Assembly (NCBI GenBank): GCA_964512325.1
Contig: CAZEGN010000001.1
Span: 17,517 to 81,516, forward strand
DNA from: an uncultured Candidatus Peribacteria bacterium
Lineage (GTDB): Bacteria > Patescibacteriota > Gracilibacteria > RBG-16-42-10
DNA length: 64,000 nt
Direction: 5' to 3'
Part shown: positions 54,497 to 62,598 of the stretch, in pieces
How the letters are laid out: each line of letters starts with the position of its first letter
Position numbering within the stretch: the first letter of the stretch is position 1
Program-made: the position numbers and the translations under genes
The notes under the pieces: generated by a model
The model's input: only the letters and a program-made list of their open reading frames with translations
Databases searched by the model: none
Told to the model about the DNA's origin: nothing

Positions 54497-54571
54497 GACC
54501 CCATAGTTCAATGGATAGAACAAGGCACTCCTAAGGCTTAGATAGAAGTTCGATTCTTCTTGGGGTCACCA
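54497..54571 (+). tRNA. tRNA-Arg (anticodon CCT) with encoded CCA
   Basis: Acceptor GACCCCA/TGGGGTC, D arm GTTC-AATGGATA-GAAC, anticodon loop CTCCTAA. The anticodon stem AGGCA/GGCTT has one loop-proximal mismatch. T arm AGAAG-TTCGATT-CTTCT, discriminator A, CCA. Confidence 0.8.
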
Positions 54572-54701
54572 CGAGCACGCAGTGCGAGTCTTCGTCTAAT
54601 CCTTCGTCTTACCTACTGCCTTCTTCTAATAAAGGCTTCTTTTGCGTGCTCAAAGACGAAGACTAAGACGTAGACGAAGAAAAGGAAGAAGTGATGAGAG
54701 G
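54572..54701 (+). repeat. GC-rich structured element immediately 3' of tRNA-Arg
   Basis: CGAGCACGCAGTGCGAGTCTTCG starts directly after the CCA and matches 7631-7653 at 22 of 23 positions. There is a 9-bp stem GAGCACGCA (54573-54581) / TGCGTGCTC (54643-54651). The right arm is AAAGACGAAGACTAAGACGTAGACGAAG. Confidence 0.7.
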
Positions 54702-54786
54702 AAATCCGGCCTCAATATGAAAAACCAGGAGAATGGAGGACATTACCCATTCTCTGGTTTCTAGCTTTCGTTGCTATCACATTCAC

Positions 54787-56247
54787 TTATCCACGCCAGC
54801 TTGGGAACCATAATACTTTGGGGATGTAATCCGTAGGTACGGGTAGTGCGGCAATCACAGGATAGGCAGCTAGAAACCAGAGCGCAGCTAAAACTAGCAA
54901 GGTTATGACCATATATTTGCCTACGGGCGCATTCTTTGGGCGCCATTGTACTAACTGCCACAAGTTTAGGGCCAATAGAAGCTGCCATACTGTAGCCACA
55001 CCCATAAAGTAGTAGAGAAATGAAACACGACTGATAAGCATCCATGGCAGGTACATACAAATACTGCTCAGAAGCAATGCCCACTGCCAGGACTTCTTAG
55101 GCCAGACGAAGAGAAAAGTGAGTATGAAGGATAAAAAGCCGGCCCACCAAAGGAACGGATTGCCAATTGCTGCAATTACACGAACCAAACAATTATTAAC
55201 CTGGATATCAGTACAAGTGCTCAGTGGTGCTTGAGTAACAATATCTCTAGCCGGTAACCATGTATATGGATCTACTTGCTCATAATAATAAAGCATAGGT
55301 CGCAACATTAAAGGCCACGACCACCAGCTTGAACCATAGGGATGAGAGTCCTTGAGATTTTTATTAAAGGAAAACGCTTGCTGATGCCAGTGATCCAAGC
55401 TATCCCAGAAAGAGGTTGTTTGATGATTGGTATCAATATCCAATTGTTTCCAATTCACTGCTTCCCCCCAAAAACTTGCCAAATACACACTTGCTGTAAG
55501 TACCAATGCCAATCCTACAGCCACAAAACCATGAGGACGAATAATTTTTTTAAAATTGGCCGCTAACCAAAAAAAACACAGAATTAAGGTCGCCATGCCT
55601 AACCATTTTACTGAAATAGCACAGCCTGCCAAAATGCCAGCTGCCAGTAAATAGAAAAACTGCATCCATGGCTTCCTGTATCTCAGCGCAATAATACAGG
55701 CCAGGAATGAAGCAAAGACAAAGAAATACATAATACCATCCATCAAACCTGTTCTGCCATACACAAATAATAAGCTATCAACTGACACAATGAGCAAAGC
55801 AATAAAGGCAGCTTTCCATGAGCGAGTGATCTGCCAGGCAATTTGCCAAATGATAAGCAACAAGCCCATACCAAATATATAGGGCATAAAACGCCAACTG
55901 AAAGAGAACCCACCCAGAATGGTAGGAATAATGCGAGTGAAATAATCGCTAGCGCCTGCTCCTGCTGAAGCTAGAGAGTAATCAGCACCGATATTGTAGC
56001 CAAACAACCATTCGGCAAGCGCAATCAGCCATTTTGCCAGAGGAGGATGAATATCAAAAAAAGGTTGCCCGGCTAAATAACGCTGTGCAAAGTATGGAAA
56101 ATGGACCTCATCAAAGACTGGAAAATTTGGTGTAGACAGAAACAATGCTCGCACCATGGCCGTTACTACCAACAACACGTTTCCTGCTAAGTACCAAGCA
56201 TCTTGAGCCTGTAATTTGGTACGCATACGAAGCAAAAAACGTGTCAT
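54787..56247 (-). CDS. PMT/GT39-family (dolichyl-phosphate-mannose-type) protein O-glycosyltransferase
   Basis: The first loop, FPVFDEVHFPYFAQRYLAGQPFFDIHPPLAKWLIAL, carries the DE motif. There are about 11 TM segments. Confidence 0.75.
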   Translation of the reverse strand: MTRFLLRMRTKLQAQDAWYLAGNVLLVVTAMVRALFLSTPNFPVFDEVHFPYFAQRYLAGQPFFDIHPPLAKWLIALAEWLFGYNIGADYSLASAGAGASDYFTRIIPTILGGFSFSWRFMPYIFGMGLLLIIWQIAWQITRSWKAAFIALLIVSVDSLLFVYGRTGLMDGIMYFFVFASFLACIIALRYRKPWMQFFYLLAAGILAGCAISVKWLGMATLILCFFWLAANFKKIIRPHGFVAVGLALVLTASVYLASFWGEAVNWKQLDIDTNHQTTSFWDSLDHWHQQAFSFNKNLKDSHPYGSSWWSWPLMLRPMLYYYEQVDPYTWLPARDIVTQAPLSTCTDIQVNNCLVRVIAAIGNPFLWWAGFLSFILTFLFVWPKKSWQWALLLSSICMYLPWMLISRVSFLYYFMGVATVWQLLLALNLWQLVQWRPKNAPVGKYMVITLLVLAALWFLAAYPVIAALPVPTDYIPKVLWFPSWRG

Positions 56248-56262
56248 GATGGATTTTTTAGA

Positions 56263-56644
56263 GAAGCTTTTATGGTAAGCCGGATTCTGTAATGTCTTTA
56301 GACATGATTATTATCTATCTAGTTCCACCTTCGCAGGTGAAATCAAGCAGCGGGCGAAAAAAGACTTGTTAAACGAAGTGATTCTTTTCTCTCCATTCCG
56401 CCTTGCAGCCCATAGGGTTTACCAACGCTCTTATTCACATAAGAGTTTCCTCATAGATGAGGACTTTTCACCTTTCCCCTATACCGTAATGGTATAGGGT
56501 AGTATTGTCTCTGTGGCACTATCCCTAGCTAGTATTTTAGATATTTTACTAACTGGTTCCCGTTAGGAACTATGGCGTTTAACTGCTGTCCGGACTTTCC
56601 TCTCGCCTTAAAAAGCGAGCAATAATCTGTCCAATAAAAGCATG
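56263..56644 (-). ncRNA. rnpB: RNase P RNA (bacterial type)
   Basis: The reverse strand contains the universally conserved GAGGAAAGTCCGGAC (plus-strand 56590-56602) and ACAGAATCCGGCTTACC (56274-56290). P1 pairing is GCTTTTAT (56641-56634) with ATAAAAGC (56273-56266). Ends are approximate to a few nt. Confidence 0.88.
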
Positions 56645-56744
56645 CTGATTGTACGAAGAGAGACAGACATTGTCTATAGGGACTATCCAACCATTCATTT
56701 TCTCTTGCTTATGCGTTATAATAGATAGACACAAACAAAAACAA

Positions 56745-57809
56745 ATGGCCGCAGCGGGAGACATTTTACGTGATTTAGGACAATGGACCAGCAATATATG
56801 GCTTTGGATAGCAGCGCATCCTAGCCTGCTTTTATTACTAGCTACAGGAGCACTAATTCCAGCGTTATTTTGGGCCTGGCTCTATTATCGTCAGGTATAC
56901 ATGGAAAAAGATGATACCAAGTATATGGTTATCACCTTCTTTTTTGGCATGTTTACGGTGCTCCCCGTCTTGGCAATTAATTACTTGCTGCGCTTGTTTT
57001 TTGGTTTTGATTTAACGCAATTTGTTGATCATGCCACACTCAGTCAGCGCATACCATTAATTGCGCTTGGATTTATTTTTATGGGAGGACTCGAAGAGTA
57101 TGCTAAGTTTTTTGTGATTAAAAGTGTAAACAACAAACATATTGCGTTTAATAGAGTGGTGGATGGAATCGAGTATGCTGTAGCAGGTGCATTAGGCTTT
57201 GCCTATATTGAAAACATCGCCTACTTTGCGGTTGCTGCTGAGACATATGCTCCAGGTGGAGCTAGCAACATTGTAATGCTGTTTAATAATTTTAGTTTTG
57301 TGCAAATAGTCATCGCCAGAAACTTTGGTACAATGCTTGTACATACTCTTTTTTCAGGTTTTTTGGGCTATTACTATGGCCGAGCTAAAATAGTTGGTCT
57401 CGAAGCGGAGATTAGTGAAAAGAAAAAGTTACGCCAATACCTATTGTTTAGTGGTGTCAAAAATAGAGTTAACCGGGTAAAAGCACTGTGGCAAAAAAGA
57501 AACTTCCCATTGCCACGCAGTATACATATTCGCCAAGAAGAACTCATTGCAGAAGGCTTATTGGTAGCGGTAGTGCTACACGCGGCTTATAACCTCTTTC
57601 TTCATCTCAATGTCAGCTGGCTGATTGCGCCAATGATTATCGCTGAGTTCGTGACCATTATGTATGAGCTACATTCGGATAAAAATCTTGTAACCTATGA
57701 TCTTGAGCAAGAAGCTAGAAGTGAAATACGTAAAGAAATGGGCGCAAAGATTGGCAATCTAATCTTAGCTGATAGACGATCAAAAGGGACACTAAAAAAG
57801 AGTAACTAA
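56745..57809 (+). CDS. PrsW-family intramembrane metalloprotease
   Basis: Contains GGLEEYAKFFV (the EExxK motif), FAYIENIAYF and VVLHAAYNLFLH. The start is moved to Met33 because the upstream part of the ORF overlaps rnpB. Confidence 0.7.
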   Translation: MAAAGDILRDLGQWTSNIWLWIAAHPSLLLLLATGALIPALFWAWLYYRQVYMEKDDTKYMVITFFFGMFTVLPVLAINYLLRLFFGFDLTQFVDHATLSQRIPLIALGFIFMGGLEEYAKFFVIKSVNNKHIAFNRVVDGIEYAVAGALGFAYIENIAYFAVAAETYAPGGASNIVMLFNNFSFVQIVIARNFGTMLVHTLFSGFLGYYYGRAKIVGLEAEISEKKKLRQYLLFSGVKNRVNRVKALWQKRNFPLPRSIHIRQEELIAEGLLVAVVLHAAYNLFLHLNVSWLIAPMIIAEFVTIMYELHSDKNLVTYDLEQEARSEIRKEMGAKIGNLILADRRSKGTLKKSN

Positions 57810-58933
57810 TTACCACTTCCCATATATCTATACTGAGCAGTGAATTCTGCTTTTTTTTGTAAAAACGTGCCCTCTTTGATTGCTGCACGAATTACTCGAA
57901 TTTGTTCGAACAGGAAGTGAATGTTATGCAAACTACATAGGTGTGCACCAAGCATTTCATTTTCGACAATTAAATGCCGTAAATAACTCACAGTGAAGTT
58001 TTTACAGGTATAACAATTACATGTTTCATCAATCGGTTTTTCACTGGTACGATAGACAGTACGTTTTAAATCTACTCGACCAAGTGGAGTAAAAACTCCG
58101 CCATGTCTTCCCACCCTAGTGGGCAATACGCAATCAAACATATCAATGCCACGATGAATACATTCCCAAAGATCTTCAGGTGATCCAACGCCCATCAGAT
58201 AATGCGGCTTTTGCGCTGGCAAATAGGGCGCTAAAGTATCAAGCACGCGAAAAGTGGTCTCTTTTGGCTCACCGACAGCTAAACCACCGACAGCAATACC
58301 AGGCAGGTCAAATTGACTGACAAACTCGCACGATTCTCTGCGCAAATCGTCATAAGTGACACCTTGAACAATCGGAAACAAGGCTTGTTCCCCTACTCTT
58401 TTTTGTGACTTAACACAACGTTCTAGCCAACGATGCGTTCTTTCCATGGCAGCGCGCGCATAATTATAATCAGCCTTACCTGGAGCGCACTCATCGAAAG
58501 CCATAATAATGTCAGCTCCAATATTGGCCTCAATTTCCATTACTCTCTCTGGTGAAAAGTAATGTTTAGAGCCATCATGAATCGATTGGAATTCCACTCC
58601 ATCTTCATCAATTTTTCTTATCTGTTTAAGACTAAAGACCTGGAATCCGCCAGAATCAGTGAGTATAGGTTTATTCCAATGAATCCATTTATGCAAACCA
58701 CCTCTTTCTGCCAAAAACTGATCGCCGGGACGTAAAAAAAGATGATACGTGTTGCCTAAAATGATTTCCGTTCCTAAATTAAGCAAATCGTCTGGCGTAA
58801 AAGATTTCACAGTCCCTTTAGTACCAACAGGCATAAAAACAGGTGTTGCAATTTCACCATGGGGGGTCGTAAAACGACCGGTGCGCGCGTAAGAGCCGGT
58901 TAAGGGAGTACTTGTTACTTCAAAATCAAACAT
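57806..58933 (-). CDS. tgt: tRNA-guanine transglycosylase (queuine tRNA-ribosyltransferase)
   Basis: Contains LGNTYHLFLRPG and TDSGGFQVFSL, plus the zinc site CNCYTCKNFTVSYLRHL. Confidence 0.95.
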   Translation of the reverse strand: MFDFEVTSTPLTGSYARTGRFTTPHGEIATPVFMPVGTKGTVKSFTPDDLLNLGTEIILGNTYHLFLRPGDQFLAERGGLHKWIHWNKPILTDSGGFQVFSLKQIRKIDEDGVEFQSIHDGSKHYFSPERVMEIEANIGADIIMAFDECAPGKADYNYARAAMERTHRWLERCVKSQKRVGEQALFPIVQGVTYDDLRRESCEFVSQFDLPGIAVGGLAVGEPKETTFRVLDTLAPYLPAQKPHYLMGVGSPEDLWECIHRGIDMFDCVLPTRVGRHGGVFTPLGRVDLKRTVYRTSEKPIDETCNCYTCKNFTVSYLRHLIVENEMLGAHLCSLHNIHFLFEQIRVIRAAIKEGTFLQKKAEFTAQYRYMGSGN

Positions 58934-59486
58934 AATTGGTTGCTGGTACGGTTAGAGAAGCTGGCGCCTGCACTACATCCTCTTTGTCTAGGTCGTCAAC
59001 AAAGACAGTCTTATCTGCCACACGCCTAATGATAGTAATTGGCAATACTAATTCATTAGCGATTGGTCTAATAAGATAATTTTTTATCATAAATTGCGAA
59101 ATCTGTCCTGTGACAGCATCAAAAGTAAAATCACTAACTCTACCTAATATTTTGCCGTCTAAAGTCTTACAGTGAGCCCCTTTCAGATCAAAGTCGTTGG
59201 CGAGCACTTTTTCAATTCTCACTAAATCCTCCTCTTCACTGAATGCCGCCTCTGATTGTATGTACCAGGCATTGCTGATTTCTTGAATATCTTGCCATAA
59301 AATAATCTTTTTCTGCACCAGACTTGTCCTCGCCCACAAACCCACAATATGAAAATCATTCCAATCGATTATAAATTGCTTTGGTGTAGCTACAACTGCT
59401 TCGTTAGCAACACTTATAATCGGCAAGTGAAATGTAGTGGAATAATTTTTCTTCATACCAAAGTATTCACTCATAAAATAACACAC
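58926..59486 (-). CDS. PRC-barrel-domain protein
   Basis: DGKILGRVSDFTFDAVTGQISQFMIKN is typical of a PRC barrel. A second weaker copy lies near the N-terminus. Start uncertain (Met1, Met5 or Met11). This is the only gene in the window that ends in TGA. Confidence 0.55.
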   Translation of the reverse strand: MCYFMSEYFGMKKNYSTTFHLPIISVANEAVVATPKQFIIDWNDFHIVGLWARTSLVQKKIILWQDIQEISNAWYIQSEAAFSEEEDLVRIEKVLANDFDLKGAHCKTLDGKILGRVSDFTFDAVTGQISQFMIKNYLIRPIANELVLPITIIRRVADKTVFVDDLDKEDVVQAPASLTVPATNYV

Positions 59487-59531
59487 TCTTGTTCACTTCG
59501 TCATCGCGCTTTGCTATAGAGATGGTCGGTA

Positions 59532-60179
59532 CTATTTGGTTCCTTGGTGCAATACCAAGGCATCAACATGACTGAAACCAACTTTACGCAGCAACAAAGC
59601 ACACTCTTGCAAGGTGCTACCCGAAGTAAGAATATCATCTACTAAGACTATTCTGGTATTAAAAGGTATCTGTCGCGAAAGAAGCGGATTGATCATAAAA
59701 GCAGACTTGATGTTTTGACAACGTTCTTGCTTTGAAAGTCCGACTTGAGAACGGGTGTTTCTGGTGCGAAGCAACAACTCTAATACCTGCAAATTGCTCA
59801 GTAACTCTAATTGCTGAGTAAGAAGTCTAGCTTGATTAAAACCGCGTTTGTAAAGTTTTTTCTTATGCACGGGTACAGGCACACAAATAATATTCTCCGT
59901 GGTAGCAAATATCGCACAAAAAGCATTCGCAAATATATTTTGCAAAATTTTGCCCGGCTCAGACCATAATTTATACTTCCAGCCATAAAGAATGCGTGCC
60001 AAAATGAGTGTATGATCGTGATTGGCAATATAAACGTGGTCAAGACCGGTAACCATGCCCAGATAGGGCTGCAACTTTAGGCTGTAATTAAACTTCGCCT
60101 GACACGCTATACACAGCCAGTGCCCCACTAAATTACAATTTAAGCAGCGCGCAGGAAAAAGCCAATCAACAAAAAACAT
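59532..60179 (-). CDS. comFC: ComF-family phosphoribosyltransferase-like competence protein
   Basis: N-terminal Cys4 motif CLNCNLVGHWLCIACQ and PRTase loop IVLVDDILTSGSTL. Confidence 0.8.
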   Translation of the reverse strand: MFFVDWLFPARCLNCNLVGHWLCIACQAKFNYSLKLQPYLGMVTGLDHVYIANHDHTLILARILYGWKYKLWSEPGKILQNIFANAFCAIFATTENIICVPVPVHKKKLYKRGFNQARLLTQQLELLSNLQVLELLLRTRNTRSQVGLSKQERCQNIKSAFMINPLLSRQIPFNTRIVLVDDILTSGSTLQECALLLRKVGFSHVDALVLHQGTK

Positions 60180-60225
60180 ATTGGATATGCTAACTGCGTT
60201 TTATTAAATCCGAAAATTTATGAAT

Positions 60226-61908
60226 TTATAAATGCTTGACCATATAGGTCCCTTCTAGCTCATATCCTAATTTACGGTAGTAACCGCGCACTCCGATACC
60301 ACTAATAACCGCAATTTTTCTTAACTTCTCTGCTGCCAATATTTCTTCAACTTTTGTCATCATAATTCTGCCAAAACCCAAATGTTGTGCTGCACCTTGT
60401 TTACGCTCTTCGAGAGGGACAGCTTCACCATACGTGTGTACCTCTCGAATAATAGCGCTATCAGTTAATTCTTTAATAAAATGTTTTTTCCCCGCTAAGG
60501 TATGATAGGGAATTCGCAGGCGCAAATGAGAATATAAAATCGAGCGATCTGGAGATTCAATGCTAATAAAATATTCCTTTCCTTGCGAAGCTTCATAACA
60601 CTCTACGAAGACCTGAGCAGCTTGAGGATCATGAGGACGATCACGAACTTCACGACAGCGAATACACTTACAGGTATAACCTTTCTTTTTCATCGCTGCA
60701 TGTACCAATTCGCGAAAATTGGTGTAGTGACTGCCATCCAAGACATTAGGTTGAGGGATATCACGACCCAAACGAACAATTCGCACCCAATATGGTATGT
60801 CTTTTTTTACCTCGGTAAGCATCTCGATTAGCTCTTCATCAGAATATGTGTGGTACTCACCACGATCAAACCAGTCTTTTAATTCAGCATCAATCGTCAC
60901 CACACAAGGGTAAATTTTGATTTGATCAGGTCTAAAATCAGAGTCATTCCATAAAATCCGGTACATTTCTTGATCCCGCGCCAAACTACTCCCAGGCAAA
61001 TTAGGCATGGTGTGATAATGCAATTTAAAGCCTGCCTCCTTAAGCAGAAACGTTGCCTCTTTCGCCTCTTTATTTCCATGGCCTCTTTTTGTTAATTGAT
61101 TCACATCATCATAGACACTTTGCACCCCAATTTCTATTCTAGTTCCACCAAGCTTTCTCATGTGGATGACCTCATTTTCATTAATATAATCCGGACGTGT
61201 TTCAAACGTGATCCCCACACAGCGAATGTCAGCTGTTTCATTTATCGCCATTTCTTTTTGCAGTGAAGTAGGACTTTTATTAGTAGACTCAAACTTCTTC
61301 ACAAATTGCGTAGGGTTTTCTTTCATGCGCGAAAATTCATTCATCGCTTTGAGAGCCTTACGAACAACGCTACTTTGATAGGCTCTCGGCAGAAAAGAAA
61401 AAGTCCCGCCCATGACAATCAAGTCCACTTTATCCACTGTATGACCACCTGTTGATAGCGCATATAATCGCTTCGCAACTTGGCGGTAGGCATCCCAGTT
61501 TACAGTAATTGCACGCATTACAGCAGGCTCATTAGAGTTATAGCTCTTTGGCACTCCCGCTTCAGTAGGACAATAAACACATTTGCCAGGACAGGGATAT
61601 GGTTTGGTAAGAATAGGGATAGGAGCAACGCCGGACAGTGTCCGAATTGCACTCTTTTTGAGTACCCTTGGGATCCACTCTTGCTTGGACAGCGTTTTTG
61701 CTGAAACCATTTCATGATAGACAGCCAATAAAATGGTTTGGGCTGGACAGGGAACTTTGAATTTGCGTGCTGCCTCTCGCTTCAACTTGTCGATTAAAAT
61801 ACGATCATCAATTTTGCTTGCTGTCATCTTCTGGAGAATATATACAGCCGCCTGATGGAGTGCCGGAGTCATTTTCTGGTATTCTTTCTGTGGAACAGTT
61901 GCTGACAT
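60226..61908 (-). CDS. elp3: Elp3-family radical-SAM/GNAT tRNA wobble-uridine modification enzyme
   Basis: RTLSGVAPIPILTKPYPCPGKCVYCP (Cys cluster about 61567-61596), TRPDYI and GGTRIEIGVQSVYDDVNQLTKRGH. C-terminal GNAT AQHLGFGRIMMTKVEEI. Confidence 0.85.
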   Translation of the reverse strand: MSATVPQKEYQKMTPALHQAAVYILQKMTASKIDDRILIDKLKREAARKFKVPCPAQTILLAVYHEMVSAKTLSKQEWIPRVLKKSAIRTLSGVAPIPILTKPYPCPGKCVYCPTEAGVPKSYNSNEPAVMRAITVNWDAYRQVAKRLYALSTGGHTVDKVDLIVMGGTFSFLPRAYQSSVVRKALKAMNEFSRMKENPTQFVKKFESTNKSPTSLQKEMAINETADIRCVGITFETRPDYINENEVIHMRKLGGTRIEIGVQSVYDDVNQLTKRGHGNKEAKEATFLLKEAGFKLHYHTMPNLPGSSLARDQEMYRILWNDSDFRPDQIKIYPCVVTIDAELKDWFDRGEYHTYSDEELIEMLTEVKKDIPYWVRIVRLGRDIPQPNVLDGSHYTNFRELVHAAMKKKGYTCKCIRCREVRDRPHDPQAAQVFVECYEASQGKEYFISIESPDRSILYSHLRLRIPYHTLAGKKHFIKELTDSAIIREVHTYGEAVPLEERKQGAAQHLGFGRIMMTKVEEILAAEKLRKIAVISGIGVRGYYRKLGYELEGTYMVKHL

Positions 61909-61911
61909 ACT

Positions 61912-62598
61912 ATGAATAAAGCTAATTACAAAACAGATCTACGCAATGTCTACAATACTATAGCCGATCACTTCTCAAAAACAAGAAGCTTTTTGTGGCC
62001 TGAGTTTGCAGCCTTTTCACCATACATTAAAAGGAATGATCATGTTATTGATATTGGTTGCGGCAATGGTCGTTTAATTGAATTCCTGCAGGATAAAGAC
62101 TGTACATACTTAGGCATTGACCAATCCGAAGAGTTACTTCATCAGGCACGAATGCGCTGGCCCCATTCCAGCTTTGACTGTGGAGACATGAGTGTGTATC
62201 ACTATGGACGCGAACGCTTTGATGCAGCTTTTTTTATCGCTAGTATCCACCATTTAGCCAGTAGCGATGAGCAACTCAAAGTGCTGCAACGCGTATTTAC
62301 TGCATTAAAACCCGGTGGGCACGTATTTATTACTGTATGGAACCTTTGGCAACCTAAGTACCGCAAGTTTGTTCTTAAAACGCCATATCATCACAGTTAC
62401 ATCCCCTACACAAAAGGCAACAATGTCCAGCACCGTTTTTACTATGCTTTTACCAAAAGTGAGCTTAAGCAGCTCTGTGAACAGGCAGGCTTTCAGACAT
62501 GTGAAATTTGGTATAGCAATAAAGACCAGGTCAGCACTAGATTGCAAGCGAGAAACATTTGTTTTATTGGTAAAAAGCTCGCTACTTCCTTGCGGTAG
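61912..62598 (+). CDS. Trm9/ALKBH8-like class I SAM methyltransferase
   Basis: VYNTIADHFSKTRSFLWPEF, VIDIGCGNGRL and DAAFFIASIHHLASSDEQLKVLQRVFTALKPGGHVFITVWNLWQ follow the Trm9 pattern (VYxxIAxHFSxTRxxxWP ... IHHL ... VWAxEQ). Confidence 0.65.
   Translation: MNKANYKTDLRNVYNTIADHFSKTRSFLWPEFAAFSPYIKRNDHVIDIGCGNGRLIEFLQDKDCTYLGIDQSEELLHQARMRWPHSSFDCGDMSVYHYGRERFDAAFFIASIHHLASSDEQLKVLQRVFTALKPGGHVFITVWNLWQPKYRKFVLKTPYHHSYIPYTKGNNVQHRFYYAFTKSELKQLCEQAGFQTCEIWYSNKDQVSTRLQARNICFIGKKLATSLR

Noticed and set aside
56579-56794. A 71-aa minus-strand ORF and the first 32 codons of the 56649 plus-strand ORF.
   Set aside because: The 71-aa ORF and the start of the 56649 ORF lie on or next to the RNase P RNA gene (conserved GAGGAAAGTCCGG and ACAGAATCCGGCTTA boxes). 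The remaining codons are leader sequence upstream of the homology-supported PrsW start at 56745.
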